From assembly GCA_020536535.1 (NCBI GenBank), contig JAHLWZ010000830.1:1-64000 (forward strand): a stretch of DNA of 64,000 nt. The letters run 5' to 3'. Below the pieces are notes generated by a model, which saw only the letters and a program-made list of their open reading frames with translations, was not told the DNA's origin and made no database searches. Origin of the DNA: Pelomyxa schiedti (Eukaryota; Protista; Evosea). Of the stretch, positions 39,487 through 53,347 are shown in pieces (the first letter of the stretch is position 1; every line of letters begins with the position of its first letter). The position numbers were made by a program, and so were the translations under genes.

Positions 39487-39668
39487 AAGACTTGCTGCAG
39501 GCAAACAAACAAAAATAAAGAGCAATCTTAGTGGGAATCATAAAAAAAGTTTCTTTTTGAGTACATTCTGAAGCAGTACGCCACACTTTGTTTTGTTTTG
39601 TTGTAAGTGCTTGGAATCCAGTTAGTTTTGACAAAGAGTCTTTGTCAAAGAGGCTCAAATTGAGCCAC

Positions 39669-41242
39669 TCAATTATGTCTTTTCCATTTGTTGGTGGTGG
39701 TGTCAAATGTAAATGTTGGGCGATGGTTCCTTGGTGGTTTGTTAGTCCACCAAATGTAACTGTAGGTCTCCTTGTTTTCCTTCTTTGGTGCAGATGTGAG
39801 GTCCGCAAACATGGCCGCCCTGGTTGGGTGTGAGTTTATAAGAAAGAGCAATGTGGTGTCAACCTTTCTGAATCAATTTTGCCGTCACGGGTTTCCACTT
39901 GTTGTCTGAAGGCCTCAAGACCTTCACTGGACGCCTCTTTATAACACACGGCCATGAACATATCCTTAATCAAACTCATCTGCTTCAACAGCAAAAATAC
40001 ACCACCAGATTGCTCTGCCAGCTCCCGGTAGAAAACGGCTGGTTCACTGGTCTTGGATTGTATGGCAAGAACACCATAGACTTTGATTCCCATAGTGACT
40101 AGCCTCTCAAGTTCTGTTCTCCAGTTAATATTCTCGGTGGTATAATGAGCTGGATGGGGAGGAGAGTCTCCTATAACAACAAGAGCCCTGTTCGGGCTGT
40201 TCCAAGATAGCTTCTGTGCCTCTCTATGTATAGGTCAAACAGGAAATCTTACAAATTGTTACACTACCTGAGCATAAGTTCGTATGCCTCTGGAATATCA
40301 TCACCACCTGTTGCTTTCACTTCATTCACCCATTTGCATAGAACGGTTGCATTATTTGTGAGGTCAAGACTAGTGACAACGTATGTTGTGGCATCATCAC
40401 CATAGTCACCAACAGCCATGACACTGAGGTAAATATGAGGAGGTTGAGGCAATCAGTGGAATATCTCTTACCCAATTTTGATATTTGGTACATCAGCAAT
40501 AAGTGCAGCCACCATTTTCGATAAATCAGCTCGGAGTTGTACAAGAACAGAGTACATGCTCCCTGAGGAAAAAAGGTAAGGTTATCTGCAACTGAGTGGG
40601 GGGGGAAAAAAGAAGAAGAAGAAGAAACAAACCCGTTGTGTCGAAGGCAAACACGACCTCAATGTCCTTTGAGGAAGCCGCGAAGGAGGAGACCAACTGG
40701 GCCTTGATGAACTCAGCATCCGGCTCAGGGGTGTGTGTAGCCGCGCTCGTTGTAGTTGTGGTGGAACTGGATGCAGAAGAAGTAGGTGTAGGCTTTCCTC
40801 CCTTTCCTCCCTTTCCACCCTTCTTTTTGCCCTTGCCTTTCCCTGGCATAACTTCCTCAGTGGCAGGGGCTTCGTGCGTAGCAGACTTCGAATACGAAGT
40901 AGTAGAAGTTGATGTAGACGTAGACGTAGTAGTTGTTGACGACGGAGGAGGAATGGAAGCAGAGGGCTTCGCAGCCGGCGTCGTAGCGGTTGGCGTCGCT
41001 GCGACGGGAGTGGGAGATGTGGCCAGCGGCACGATGAGAACGAGGGTGGATTCCTTGACTACACCACATATGGCTAGAGTGGCGTCATCTGACAAGGTCT
41101 TGCCGGAAAAGAGCAGCTTTTGAGACGCTGTCGGCGCACCGGTTTTGTCCAAGATCTTCTGCTTGAGGCTTGCCACCGTGTCAGAAGGATCTACCTCCAT
41201 GGACAACGTGCTACCCATCAGTGTCTTTACGAAGATAAGCAT
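39669..41242 (-). CDS. Ubiquitin-like domain - Ser/Thr linker - von Willebrand A domain protein
   Basis: MLIFVKTLMGSTLSMEVDPSDTVASLKQKI...QKLLFSGKTL (no C-terminal GG). vWA with VVFAFDTTG|SM MIDAS, GDYGD, GGDDIPEAYE and VIGDSPPH. Confidence 0.85.
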
Positions 41243-41535
41243 CTTTGCTGCTGCACCTCAAGTACCCTCTGTAACAGTGTCGATTTTTTATTTTTTTTAT
41301 TCTGTTTTGTTTGTATTTCGCAACGATTCATCTGATTGGCATTCTCTTTCTTGGTCTGGAACAATTGGGTTTCAATGTGGCAAAGTCAACTCAGGAATCG
41401 AGTTGACTCGTCACGCCAAAGGCCATCAACAGTGGCGCAGGGCAGTAGTGTCAAAGAATTCGGTGGAGGTGGTTTGATGAAAAAGAAAGGATTTCCTCAG
41501 ATCGCGTGAACCCTGCTTTTCGTAAAGTACCATCC

Positions 41536-44500
41536 ATGTACGCGTTCGGATCTCCGAGGGTGTTCGAGACAAATGCTGCAGAAGAAATCCTCTCTGTGCA
41601 TCGCACGCGGCCCAGTGATCTTGTGTCTTCTTCCGCAGATCCGGCATTGGCGGCGTCACTTCCTGCCACGATCAATTTGATAGCACACGTATCGCGGAGT
41701 ACTGTTGGTGTTTGGTCGGGCGGGAGGTACAGAGTTTTGTGCGGCACACTCGCTCCTACTACTTGGGCCAAGACCGGCAAATTTGCCAAGTTCACGTGGG
41801 GACCACAACCACTAGTGCCCTCTGACAACTTGTGCTTTGCTGTATCGGTGAGATGTTATTTCTAGTTCATGTTCTATCTTGACACCCTTTATGAAGACCG
41901 AACTTGGATATATTCACATCTATAAACTGACTTTCAAATCCCGTCCTGAACAATCTGTTTGTCAATTTACTTCGACTTCAAACCTTTCCAACAGCAAACA
42001 ATGAATAAAAAAAAAAGGATATTGGAGAGTACATCACCCCCTTGCCTCCTCTTATCACTTTTGGAGTTCCCACGACGCTTTACACTACGCACGGTCCCTA
42101 CTCCAAGTAGATATTCTTTTATCCCATTTTTCTTTCCCCTCCTTTGAAAAATTCTAATTTTGCCACACTCCAGTCTTTTACAATTTCGTGACTCTCTTGT
42201 TGTAATTGGAAAAGACAACGTTTTGTCCACCTTTTCATGGAAGGGTACATTCATTGGAGAAAAGAATTTAACCCCCCATATTGCCCTCTCTCCCGACCGA
42301 TGGTGTGTTGACTTGATGTTCAAGTTGCATTTTTTACCACTTATTTTATGTATGAAGTGCAGATTGTATCACTTTTTCCATGTCATCTTCCAATATGGGA
42401 GTATTTGGCTTTGTCACAGCCCAAGGATGTGTGTTGCTGATGAACTTTCCTCGTGTATGTGTTTGATGTATTAAATTTTCTTACTATTTCTCAATGTAAC
42501 CAGTGGCCATGTACATCAGCAGAGGACCCAGTATGCATAGGTCTGAGCTGTTCGGATGCCACATGCCTTGCCTTTTCCTGTTCGTCACGATTGGTGGCTG
42601 TTGGGAGACAGAGGTGAATTCTCACTTATCCTCTTAATATATCTCAATTTTTTTCTCCCCACCTCATCCTTTACCTTCTGAAGTGGCCACGTGTCTTGCT
42701 TCTTGGTGCCACAGCAATCCAACTTTCTCCCAGAACATGTTTCCATTGAACCGTTATTCACAATAACCATGACTCCCTGGGGCGTATCACCCGCAGGTTC
42801 TATCACGCCGTACTTTTTTGCTTTGTTGTGTTCTGGGGGTAATTTATCTCTTTCTAGATACTGGTGCAGTGACAGCCTTGTGTTGGTCACATAAATGTGA
42901 AAGCCTGGCTGTTGCTTGGAGTACGAGAGGGATTTCCGTTTGGTCCCCACGTGGAAATAGATATATGTGTAGTTTTTCTCAAGCAAGGCAAGTGGTTCAT
43001 ATCCAAACCATCTTATTTTTGTCTAGTTTGGAAAACAACTTAGTAGACCCCCTGTTCCATGCTGGCGCAATAGCTCTTGTACACTATCTTTACTTCACAT
43101 TTGAGGCTCACTTTGTTAAAAAAAAAAAAGGAATGGGACTCAAGCGGGTACTATTTGATTGTCTGCTCGAAATCCAAACCACATGAACTCATACAGTTGC
43201 CTTTTGCTATTTTATCGATTTATACAAACCCAACATGGGTGGGTATAAACTACTTTTTAGGGTTTTTTTTTAAATGACTCAACTATGATCTTCAAGCATT
43301 CCAGCCATGATGTAGTGCTTATTGGAGAAGACCGTTTATTGCTTCTTAAGTACTCTGATTCACTTGGTAGCACAAGTTGGGTTCATCTACCGGTTAGTTG
43401 CCTCATTTGTATAACAGCAAACAAAAAGCCAACCAGTTTCTATTGTTAGATACCACAGCTATATTTGCAGGACAATTGGCCTGTGGTGGTATGAATTTGT
43501 TTATACTCATTGAAGATAAATTAATTTGGGAAAGCATTCTGCAATGAATCGAACAGGCACTCACATTGCTGTTGCTGGGAAGAATGGTGTAGCAATTTAC
43601 CACTTCATTGGTAATCGGTGGAGACTGTTTGGTAATCAATCTGAGGTAAGTGTACAATATTGTTGTATAAGGTCTAACAACTTCAGGAAAAGGATATCTC
43701 GAGCGTTGGATTATGTTGGTACAAAAGAGTCATAATCATTCTTTCACCAAACAGAAAAACTGGGAGTACTCAGGTTGGTTATTTAAGATTAGTACTCTTT
43801 TCCACTGATAATTTTTATTGCAGGTTCTGATGTATTCCTCTGATCACCTTTCTAATTCCAGTCGACTTCACGCTTCTGAACTTCCAAATAAACGGAAACC
43901 CGTTCTCTGTGACTGCAATGACAGTGACCTCGTCATATTTACAGAAGACAATTTCCTCTACCAATATCACATTTCCTGCACCACACAAGGAGAAAGTACT
44001 CCTGACACTCCTGATGTTCTCTGTGTTTCTCACTTATCCATTAGCAATGAAAGCCATCCAACTCACCAAGGCGTACCAAATATCAATGGCAGTAGTCCAA
44101 AGTCCGTATTCTCTTTGCCTTCTTTCTCCTGAATCGGAGTGTAGAATGTGTGTAGGCTTAACCCTCTCTGAAACAACAAGTTAAATTCCTGCAATCAGAC
44201 ACCCAGCCAAGCTCCTATTTCTACACCCACAGGGTAGCCTTGTATTTGTTGATATGTCAGAGGGGCAACGAGTATTAGTTCTCTCAAATCAATGCCTAAG
44301 TAAACTTCTTTTCCCACAGCAAGAACTGGCAACAGACGCTGTACAATTTTGGGTTTCGGAAACTCCATGCTTGAAGGGAATACCCCCAATGTTATGGACA
44401 CAGGGTGCTGCCGGAATACAAGTATGTCTGATTATACTACAGCAAACTCATTGTACCAGTTGACCTATCCGTTTTCAAGTTCAAGCACACCAGCAAGTAC

Positions 44501-45955
44501 TCGCGCTGTTTATGAGTTTGAACCTGAGCTGTGCCCAGTTGGCGTAATGCCTGATACTGGTATTCTTCTAGCTGTCACACAACAATTCAAGCCACTTGTA
44601 CCCCTGTCAACACCAAGTCTTCCCTTCTATGAGATTCATTCCAAAGTATATTTATCCTCCGCACACTTTTTCGTAATTATTTTCTCTAGGCACAACCATT
44701 CCTCCACAATATCATTCGACACCTCATCAATATTGACTCGAGTATCGCGTTATCTTTTGCCCAACAATTCCAACTTGCACCTCATTTCCCTCACACTCTC
44801 GAATTGTTGTTATTCTCAGTTCTGGTACTTATACCAAGTGAGGTTATCAATTAACAGTCCAAAAGGAAAACTATTCCTTACATCAACAAAGTACATCTTC
44901 TCAAGGAGAATTGCAGAAAGCAATTCAGTTTCTATCAGCGTTCTCCTGCCTTCCAGGCAATTTTTGAGCCCCTCCTTTTTGGCTTTTTTTACTCATGTGC
45001 AACAGAAGTTCTTATGAGATGCGCTAGAAAAGTTGACGTTTCAACCTGGGATTGCCTTTTTTCTTCTATTCTTCCAGTGGAGATTTTTGAGGTCTATCAT
45101 TTTTTTTTAGTGCCAACAATACCTGACTTTCCCAGCAATCTACTAGGAGCCACAAATTTGAAACTGCTAGCTCGCTTCTTCAAGTTATACTCCACTTGAA
45201 TGGTGAAGAACGATGCCTGGAATGTGGACTTAATCTTCTGGATTCACTAATAGTGCATAACAAACTCGATGCATGTTTCCTCCTGTTTGTCTTGCACTTA
45301 TTGTTCGTAGTTGTTGGCTGATCTTCAGCGGTTCCTTGCTTTTAGTAAGCATTCAGAGAAGTCATTGAATATTGTTAACAATCATGCTCGCACACTTATT
45401 TTGAAGTTCAAGTTTAAGCAAGCCTGTGAGTTTGCTTCTTGCTTCGACATCCCGGTTAGAGCTTGGCTGGCACCAGAGATGTAGACGAGCCTTTTCTTTA
45501 TCCTTCGTTCTCAATTGTCATATAGATCATGGAAAAGTGAGGACTTTTTCCAGGCTATCACACAACTGCACGTGCAGTATTCTCTGGAGAAGCCCACATC
45601 TATTCTTCCTCCGTGTGTCCTTGCGTCCATTCCGAAATCCTTGACTTCCTTGAAGTATTTTCCCGTTTCCCTTTCTTTATGCTCATCAGAGTTCATAGCA
45701 CCATTCTTAATGAGCTCATTCGAGAAGGCTTGATGGAATGGGGTTTATCTATCTGTGTCATTCTGATGGATGTTGAAAGGATTCGGGAACTACTTTCCAA
45801 GTGCCCACAGATTTGGCCCCCCCTTTCTGAAGCTCTTCTTAATCTCAAAGCGTGTGTTGTTCCTTCTGTGTGCTCTTGAATTTAATCCATCTCTGTGTAG
45901 ACAAGGCTACACAGAACTGCATGAAATTCTTGCTGCATCCCACACAAAAGAATGA
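41536..45955 (+). CDS. RIC1: RIC1 (Rab6/Ypt6 GEF subunit), many exons
   Basis: N-terminus MYAFGSPRVF...VGVWS, WD40-like exons (AVAGKNGVAIYHFIGNRWRLFGNQS), and C-terminal VMRCARKVDVSTWDCLFS...LFE-type helical region. Confidence 0.85.
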
Positions 45956-46139
45956 AGACCTTAAGACCAATTAAATGAACAATGTACAAATTGCAAAGCC
46001 AGCCAAATATCTAAATGTAGTTTCAAAAACCAGTGGCAACTTTTTTTTGCCCATTTCTTTAAGACGAACAGAAAGAGAAAAAAAAAGTTTACAGAAATTT
46101 CTTATTTTCACCCACCACATGTACTAGTTACTGACATTG

Positions 46140-49100
46140 TTAGTGCTTCTTCTTGTTGCCCTTGTCGGACACAATTGTCTTTCCAGTCCTTTCCATTTCT
46201 ATTGACTGGAACCCAGCCGACTCGGCAGTGATTTTGTCATCCTCAGGGTCATCAGGCGGTGGTGCGAACGAAATCTTCCCGCTGGCCGTGGCTCTCTTAT
46301 GGGACATCAGATTCTTCTTATCCCCGGCCTTCTTTGCAGTTGCACGTGACGCGTCTCCTTCTTCGGCCGCGTCGTCTTCCACGTGGAGTGATGTCTTGTC
46401 AGTCTTCCCACCGGCACCCAGGAACATGTCATTGAGGGTGTTGACTATTTCGGCGAACGCCGGCCGGTTCGCGGCCGAAGCGTCCCAGCACTTGATCATG
46501 AGCTGAGAGTATTCGGCCGGGCAGTCCTCAGGAATTTTAGGCCGGATTCCTTTTTGCACGTTCTTTGGAATGTCCCAGCAAACCGTATCTGACCAGGCTT
46601 CTTCACGGGTCCACATCTCCCATAATACCAAGGAGTAGCTGTAGACATCCGCCTTTTTTTTGGTGAGTGTAACCAAGTGGCACCAGATTAATATTTATAA
46701 AATAGAAATCATATAGTCAGTGCATTGCACTTTTTTTGTTATTTGTTTGGTTTTGACGAGGGAGGGAGATCCAACCTTGGAATTATACATTTCTGCCCGA
46801 AGGAGTTCAGGAGCCTGACACAGGTGGTGAGTGTAAGTGAAGGCAAAGTGTTACTAACCATATAAATTGGTGTTCCGACTCCATTTGTATACCGGAAAAG
46901 TTCATCTGTCAACAAGTGAGTTTTAGGTTTTTTTCGTTGTTTCTTTCAGTATTCAAAAAATTTCACCTGGATTCTGCACATTTCGAGCAGTTCCAAAATC
47001 TTAAAAAGGGGTTATAAGCAAAAAAAAAGTAAATGGGACTCTTAACCTGCTAATTTACAACAAACAGATGATGTGGCATTTTTCGAGACCAAAAGGGCAT
47101 TGGGGCACTTGAGATCACCTAAAAAGATATGTGAAAACAACAACATAGTTTTTATAACCTACGATAAAGGATTTTTGAGGCATGCAAGTAAGCCATAGCA
47201 TCAGCAATATTGGTGGCAAACCTCAGAATAAGAAGGTAGGGAATGTCAACATCGGATTCTAAGAATCTGGACAAACTTCCGTGCTCAACAAGTTCCGTAC
47301 ATACACACATCTTGCCTTTTTCAAGTAAGATGGGAATAGACCTATTTTTCCTCAAACAAACCTGGAACCAAAGAAGCACCAATAAACGCAACGATACAAG
47401 GGTGATGTAACTTGCGAAGCAAATCACATTCATCGAGGAAGTCTTGTTTCTCTCCCTCTTGAAGTCCTGCTTGGTGTTTTATAACTTTAACGGCAGCAAG
47501 CTGAGATCGGTAAACTCCACGGAATACAGCACTTTTTCCTTATTTAATAAAAAATGAAGCGGTTTCAGAGAAAATACCCAAAAGCTCCTGCTGCAAGTGG
47601 ATTTGGTTCAAGACGGATTTCATTGGGATCCAAACGGTCTGAAATGGCTCCCTCCAGTTTGAGTTGAAGGTATGTACTGACCAGAGTTTCTCCACCAGAG
47701 ATTACTTCGAACTTAATTGGTAACTCGACATGCGTTGTGTACAACAAAGTTACATCCAAGGTGACAAGCATTTTCCCTTTGGGTGGAAGGTACCCAACTC
47801 CAGGACGAAGGGATACAGTCAACATATGCTCATGATTTGGAACATAGAATGTATAATGAACACCCCTTCCAGTATTATTGATTATTTCAATAGAGTCAGT
47901 TCTCTTCTCGTTCACAGGGAATACGTCCTTGCCTGTCAGATCAAAATCCAGAAGAACTTTGCTTATAGCTATCCCAGCGCCTTCAAGTGCAGAATTGGAT
48001 TCAGTTGCATTGAATGACACATCATGGTATTCTTCAGCATCCACAAATTCGGCGGGTGTATTAAGAGCTTCAAGTAGGCGACGTTTTCTCCGTTTCAAAA
48101 ACATTATTCCAAGTGCTACCAACCCAGCAGCAGCAAGAACACCAATCAAACCACACACTGTGGCAATTAGCGCAACAGCATAAGTGCTAAGTGGCAATTT
48201 AACTGTGTCATATGATATGACAAAACCACGGTTGGATGTAAGAGAACTAGCCGTCAGAACAAAAGTGAGCTTTTTCGCATCAACAGTGTGACCTTCAACC
48301 TCTCCAGAAACACCCAGATAAATTGACCTGGGATCCGTTTCATCATCAACATAATACGAAACAGAATCTTGGCTTTGAAGATCAATCATATCAAAATTGA
48401 ACTCAATTTGATCAAACTTTCCTGAAGGTTCAACTATCCAAGAACATGTTGCACTGGACAAGTACCGTGTAGCTTGACCGTCAGGTACGTCGTTATCACT
48501 GGAAAAAGTGCCTGTGCCAGTCTCGAGTAAGGTTTCTGGATCACAGCCACGTGAACAGTCGTTCCAGTAGTGCGTGTCATCACATTGACAGACACCGTCA
48601 ACACATTCGCCATGTCCCAAATCTTCATTGCAATCATTGCCACCCTCTGTGCACGTAAAAGGGTACCCACACTGATCAAAATCAAGAATGATCAACTTGG
48701 TTTGGTACATGCAATCCGCCCAGAAGTCACTGCATATCACAAGATCCCACTCACCAGGTGGCATAAATGTTTCTGTTGCTCCCGACCCCTCAACGTCTTT
48801 GTACAAGTTAAGTGGGTCAGTTGTCTCATCAGGGAGAGTTGTATCCCAAGTGTGAACGTATCGCCATTCTCTCGGATATGGCTCAGTTTCCAACCCAAAC
48901 CAGTACCAGGCATAGGTCCCAGCATCAGGCTCATCCCAAAGAGTATTTCTGCAACCAAACATCAGTACACCTACACAGCACTCATACAAAGACGAAAGTG
49001 TAGTGTAAATAAAAAAGAAAAGAAGAAGAAGAAGAAGAAAAGCTATTGGGACATTTACTCCCAATGAGAAGAAAAAATAACATACGGGATGGTATAGTTG

Positions 49101-49852
49101 AAGATAATTGTATCCTGAGGGCAGAAAGCAGGGTGGCTCCACTTCAAGTTGCACTCAGAGCCAACCCAATCACCATCACAAATGCACTGCCCCCTCAGAG
49201 CATCGCAGTACCCGTTCAGACAAGCATACTGGCAGCCATTGGGATAGCACCCCCACCTAAGATAGAACGTGACGACCTCCAGGGGCGTGTTCGTCCCGGA
49301 ATCGGCGACGGCGATGGTCACGGCGACGGCGAAGTGGAACCTGTGGGACCCGACGCACGAGACGGCGATGTCGAACGACTCTGGGGCCGACGGCACGGCG
49401 CCCGACGGCGCCAGCGTCGTGGACACGTCGGGCAGGTCGTACGACACGTCGCCGACGGTGTACGAGTTGTCGTTGATGACGATGACGTCGACCGAGGACG
49501 CGAAGGTGAGGCCGGCGGCGGTTGTTGCCGAGCCGTCGCAGTCGCCCCAGCACCACGAGAGGGAGAGAGACGGCGTCTCGGCGTCGACGACGAGGTCGAC
49601 GGTGCCGCTCTCGATGCCGGGGCGGAAGGCGTCCGCGACGACGCCTAGGGAGACGATGGGGACGACGACGAAGACGGGCGTGTCGTGCGGCGTGTAGGTG
49701 TAGTTCTTGGGCAGGGTGCCGTTGACGTTGACCCCAGACGAGGCCGCCGACGCGCGGCCCGCGCAGAAGATCGCGGCGGCGGCGACGGCGAGTGAGACGA
49801 AGGCGGCGGAGGCGATCGGGCGAGGCGAAAACGAGGCGGGCCGGTTCGGCAT
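46140..49852 (-). CDS. Transmembrane receptor-like (TKL) kinase with EGF and CUB ectodomain
   Basis: Signal peptide, two EGF-like Cys motifs, CUB (CSWIVEP...FNFDMIDL), TM, Ig/MSP-like juxtamembrane region; kinase motifs LAAGAFG, AVK, YRDLK, DFG, GTPIYMAPE, DVYSYSLVLWEM. Confidence 0.9.
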
Positions 49853-50055
49853 CTATCTTTGGTTGACCGGTTTTTTTTTGTTTTCTCTTTGTGTGTATCG
49901 ATCGTAAAGGCGCGAGGGCCCCGGCTCTACGGGGTTATTTTTTTGTGTTTTTACCTTCGTTCCTGTTTTGTCGTTGATTTTGTTGTGCGCTTCCCCGAAA
50001 TGTTTTTTCTCCTTCCGTCGGGTGAACGTGAAACACTTAAAAACCGAGTGTTTCA

Positions 50056-53000
50056 ATGCCGTCGGCGACGTGCGTGTCGTTAATTGTCGTCGTGGTAGTG
50101 TGCGTGCTTTCGCGATTGGCGGCGGGATACCTAGAGAACTCTGCTGCGTTCCCACAAGCAATTGTGGGTCTGTGGCCTGCCTCTTCTCCTCAGGCTCGCA
50201 ACTCTGAGGCGAATCAGCAAGTTTTCGCTGTTGATTTCCGCGACGCACCTCTTCAGTCCCGATCGGCTTCTTTTGTTTCGGGAGGGAATGGCATCGAAAA
50301 CATCACTTCCCTGCGTGCTCTTTGGAGGCGAGACAATATGGACACGTAGAGTTTTCCCTCTTGGTTTCTATGACGTTTTCAGTTCATTTCTATTGAAATG
50401 GGTTTTTTTTAAGTACTCCTGGATTCATACTTTCCTTCAAGATTGCTGAAGCACTTTTTCCCTGGGGTTGCTGCAGATGATTTGGTGCTAAGAGATACGT
50501 CTCCTTGCTACATGTTTCTTGGTGAACAAGTCTGTGTTTACACACAATTCTATCAGGGATATCCAACTATGGGTTTGAAATCAAAATCTTCTTACAAACG
50601 TGACTGAAATGTTTAATAACTCAAACAGGACATCAGTTGAAAGTTTCTTTTGACTCTGAGGAGAGGATAACAAGGGCTTCTGGCACAATAATCTCAAAGC
50701 GGTTTGTTTTCCTTTCCCCACTAATACATACTTATTGTATAAAGCTCGAGGCTACCGAGTGTTCCCTCTGATTCTTATAATAAAGCCTTGAATACTTGCC
50801 TAGCAATTGGGCATTTATGCCCTAATATGGCATCTGTTACAGGTTTGAGGGATGTGGTTTTCCCTGACCAATGTTATTTTCACAGGAGCAAACATTGTAG
50901 TATATAGTTTTGATTCTGATCCTATGATACTAGCATGGAAAATATTATGTCGAAGACAGTATGTTTGCTTTTCCTAAAAAGACATCTTTTTACTTTTTCA
51001 GTTATTTCTATGTTGATTCTGCGAGTTCCAACCTCATCTCAGTTCACCCACAACACAGGCACGCTGAAGAAAGGTTTTTTTGTCACTTTCCTATACTTTT
51101 AATAAGTTCACAGGTTTCTGTGGGTAGGTGATACTTTAGTGTGGAAGGAGGGAGATCCTGACTCAGGTGACCAAGATATTGAGGATTACCTCAATGCCAC
51201 TTCCGCGTTTTATACAACCTTTGAAAATATGATTGGGTGGCTCTCGTTTGATGGGAAAGGTACCTTAGAATCCTCGTATTAGAACTTACCAGAACTTCTA
51301 TTAAGACTCCCCACTCATTGCCCATATTCACTACCAAGATACCTTTGAGCAGATATGCCCAAATGCGGCATACAATGGAGTAAATAATGAGTTTCTCTTC
51401 TGTAGTGGAATGACTTTTTGGGATGGTAACTTTTTTTTAAAACATCCATTTCTATCAACTGTCCTTTAGTATCACTTCATGAGGAGGGGCATGCATTTAC
51501 CCACTTTACCGATGACACTGGAATCTATGAAGACCCCTCTGCAATCAACGAATCTTGGTCTGATATAAACGAAGAAGCTCTTGCAATAATGTGGAACATG
51601 CCATGTGCGATTGTCTTCATTGTACTAATATAATATAATATAATATAATATCATTTAGGGACTCTGGGAATGCGTAGCAGCAACAGGTCATGTGTTTCAG
51701 ACTCAACTCATCAACGCTGGATTACTTGGTTAGCTGTAGGTACCACGCCATCCAGCATAAAACTTTATTGAGCTAATAATTACAAGTCTCTGGCAGCCGA
51801 GACCTTTATAACCCTAATTGTACATATAATACTGCAGCAGCTAAGGACTGCCTTTGTTCCTTTGTGGACGCTTCCGAATCTCATGCAAATTCGGGTTTAT
51901 TGATTCCTTTTTCCAGCTTCTTGACACTGTTCAGGTGTTGTAGGAATTGTATTTGCTATCACCTGTGACGGTGGGGAGTTGAATGGCGAGTATTTTCCTG
52001 GAATAGGAATACTGAAGGTGCCCCTATTTTACGTGTTTACTTTTTTTCTTTTAACCTCACGAAAGACATGGTGGATATTTCTTACCTCAAAAATGAGTCA
52101 CCAAACAGCCGATACTCGGTTTTATCAGCTGGCTGACTTTTTAGCTTTGGCTTGCCACGGACTCATTGGCAAAAAACTTGTTGACCATTTGGGTTATGAA
52201 ACGGAGGAATCTATAACTTCAGATGACTGTGACACACTTGGTGAGTACCAGTGTGATACTTTTGTTCTAATATTTTTCCAGTTCGTCTCACTGATACTTT
52301 GGGCTTGAGGGAAACACCATGTCAGTATATGTCCATAAACCCGAATTCCTAAATTGGTGCAGGTACATCATACCAGTACCTTCTTGCGTTCCCTCGGTAT
52401 CTTCCTCTAACAGGGGGTAAATTCAATGTGGAAACAAGTAGTACACAGTGCGGGGCAACACAATACCTCAGTGTATCACTTCTTTTTTTTGACATGACGA
52501 ATAATATTTCCACCCTCAGATTCATATTGGTTCTGAAACATGGGTTTTTTCTGGAACTCCTATTGCAACATCCACGTACACCCCATCATGGAGCTATTTG
52601 ACACAGTTCACGCTCCCAGGTATTATAGGCTTCCTCTGTTTACAGTTCTCAATCTTGACCAGGCTTGTCCATATTTGATTCGAATCGAGTAATATCTTAC
52701 AACCTGAGTTGTGATGCGTCATTTACCATAACCCCTACGGATTCCCTGAATTCTCAAGGAAAAACAGTCACCAGGAAAATTGTTTTTTATGGTACCAGTC
52801 TCTGTCTCAAAGAAACCCTCTCAGAAGTTCCTTTAATAATTAACAACAAGAAAAGATCCCCCCTTTTTAACAGGCCTGTCACCCGTATCCGGAGTTGAAA
52901 ATGATATAGTTGTTGTAACAGGAGACAAATTCCAACAGTTTTCTGGTCCCTGTGCTGGTCTAGTATTCTACTATTATTCATGCCTGTCTTGTACGTACCC

Positions 53001-53272
53001 ATTTCTGTTTCGATTTTTTTCCAAATAATTTGTACAACATTTCAACAGGTAAATTTGGAAGCACTATCACCGGCGCAGTGTTTATAGACAACAGCACAAT
53101 TTTGTGCCAAGTGCCAGCTGGTGAAGGAGAGGTATCATTTGAAGTCAGCCTCAATGCGCAAGATTTTACCGACTCTGGGCTAACTTTCACATACTCAAGC
53201 CCAGCACACACACTCCAAGCAACATCGTTTCTACTCACCGCGATCACCATTGCACTGCTTATCACAATGTAA
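50056..53272 (+). CDS. Secreted thermolysin-like (M4) zinc metallopeptidase, probable IPT/TIG domain and GPI/TM anchor
   Basis: Signal peptide, propeptide YTQFYQGYP, NAAYNG, HEEGH (51478-51492) and AINESWSD (51541-51564), matching thermolysin HELTH...AINEAISD. Hydrophobic C-terminus. Confidence 0.85.
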
Positions 53273-53347
53273 AAAAAACCCAGAGAGTTTTTTTTTTGTT
53301 TTTGCAGGTAGGAAATAACACAATGGGTAATTTGTGGGTGTAGAGGA

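Noticed and set aside
49046-49697. Arg/Gly-rich + strand ORFs
   Set aside because: Shadow ORFs of the very GC-rich first exon of the receptor kinase.
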